From: Fibrobacterota bacterium
GTDB lineage: Bacteria; Fibrobacterota; Fibrobacteria; UBA11236
Assembly (NCBI GenBank): GCA_043753995.1
Contig: JAYUVP010000223.1
Span: 1-13,143 of the forward strand
Length of the DNA stretch: 13,143 bases
Reading direction: 5' to 3'
Position numbers and translations under genes: made by a program
Part shown: positions 12,985 to 13,143 of the stretch, piece by piece
Numbering within the stretch: the first letter of the stretch is position 1
How the letters are laid out: each line of letters opens with the position of its first letter
Notes under the pieces: model-generated
Told to the model about the DNA's origin: nothing
Database searches by the model: none
What the model saw: the letters and a program-made list of their open reading frames with translations, nothing else

Positions 12985-13143
12985 GGGAATAGTTGCATTG
13001 AAGATAGGGTCGTCCAGCGGATTTTCGGAGCCGGAGTAATAATTCCCACATTCCTAGACCCCAAAACTGATTTTTGGATTTACTCGGTACATTCGACAGG
13101 CGGGCTCCCCGAAGAGCCAGATAATTTTCCTCCTAAGTGCGCT

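Noticed and set aside
10977..13056. Amber (TAG) recoding suggested by two in-frame TAG interruptions
   Set aside because: SRAP ends at TAG at a normal length, readthrough there would run antisense into the cupin gene, and none of the long genes contains an internal TAG; nonsense mutation is the simpler explanation.
11476..13064. Minor ORFs 11476-11700, 11651-11881, 12008-12238, 12225-12425, 12229-12591, 12512-12772 and 12798-13064
   Set aside because: They overlap better-supported frames and lack SD sequences or motifs.
1..13143. CRISPR array, tRNA/rRNA, transposase or integrase
   Set aside because: No regularly spaced direct repeats, structured RNA gene signatures or recombinase motifs were seen.

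Overview
The left 6 kb is a minus-strand contractile-injection spike/effector module: vgrG (3807-5894), a 425-aa uncharacterised alpha/beta + TPR-like protein (2508-3785), and a large PAAR-like/DUF6531/YD-repeat Rhs gene (2511 to beyond position 1). The ORF track missed the Rhs gene because its stop lies outside the window, so the toxin tip and immunity gene are not visible. Upstream of vgrG is a near-consensus CRP/FNR-type palindrome whose spacing to a candidate -10 matches class II (-41.5) promoter geometry. Divergent from it is a secreted fibro-slime (PA14-like) protein, which suggests but does not prove a Fibrobacterota host, followed by a voltage-gated K+ channel. The right side is an accessory mosaic: stand-alone lspA, rifampin ADP-ribosyltransferase arr, a SRAP/YedK protein, a cupin, and an AT-richer stretch with an amber-interrupted secreted-protein pseudogene, a small lipoprotein and a truncated beta-rich ORF. 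The best candidate for an undescribed component is the 425-aa protein. It sits in the adaptor/chaperone slot between VgrG and an Rhs whose PAAR-like domain is Met/Pro-rich and is followed by a cationic amphipathic linker instead of transmembrane helices. All family calls come from motif recognition by eye; no searches were run.
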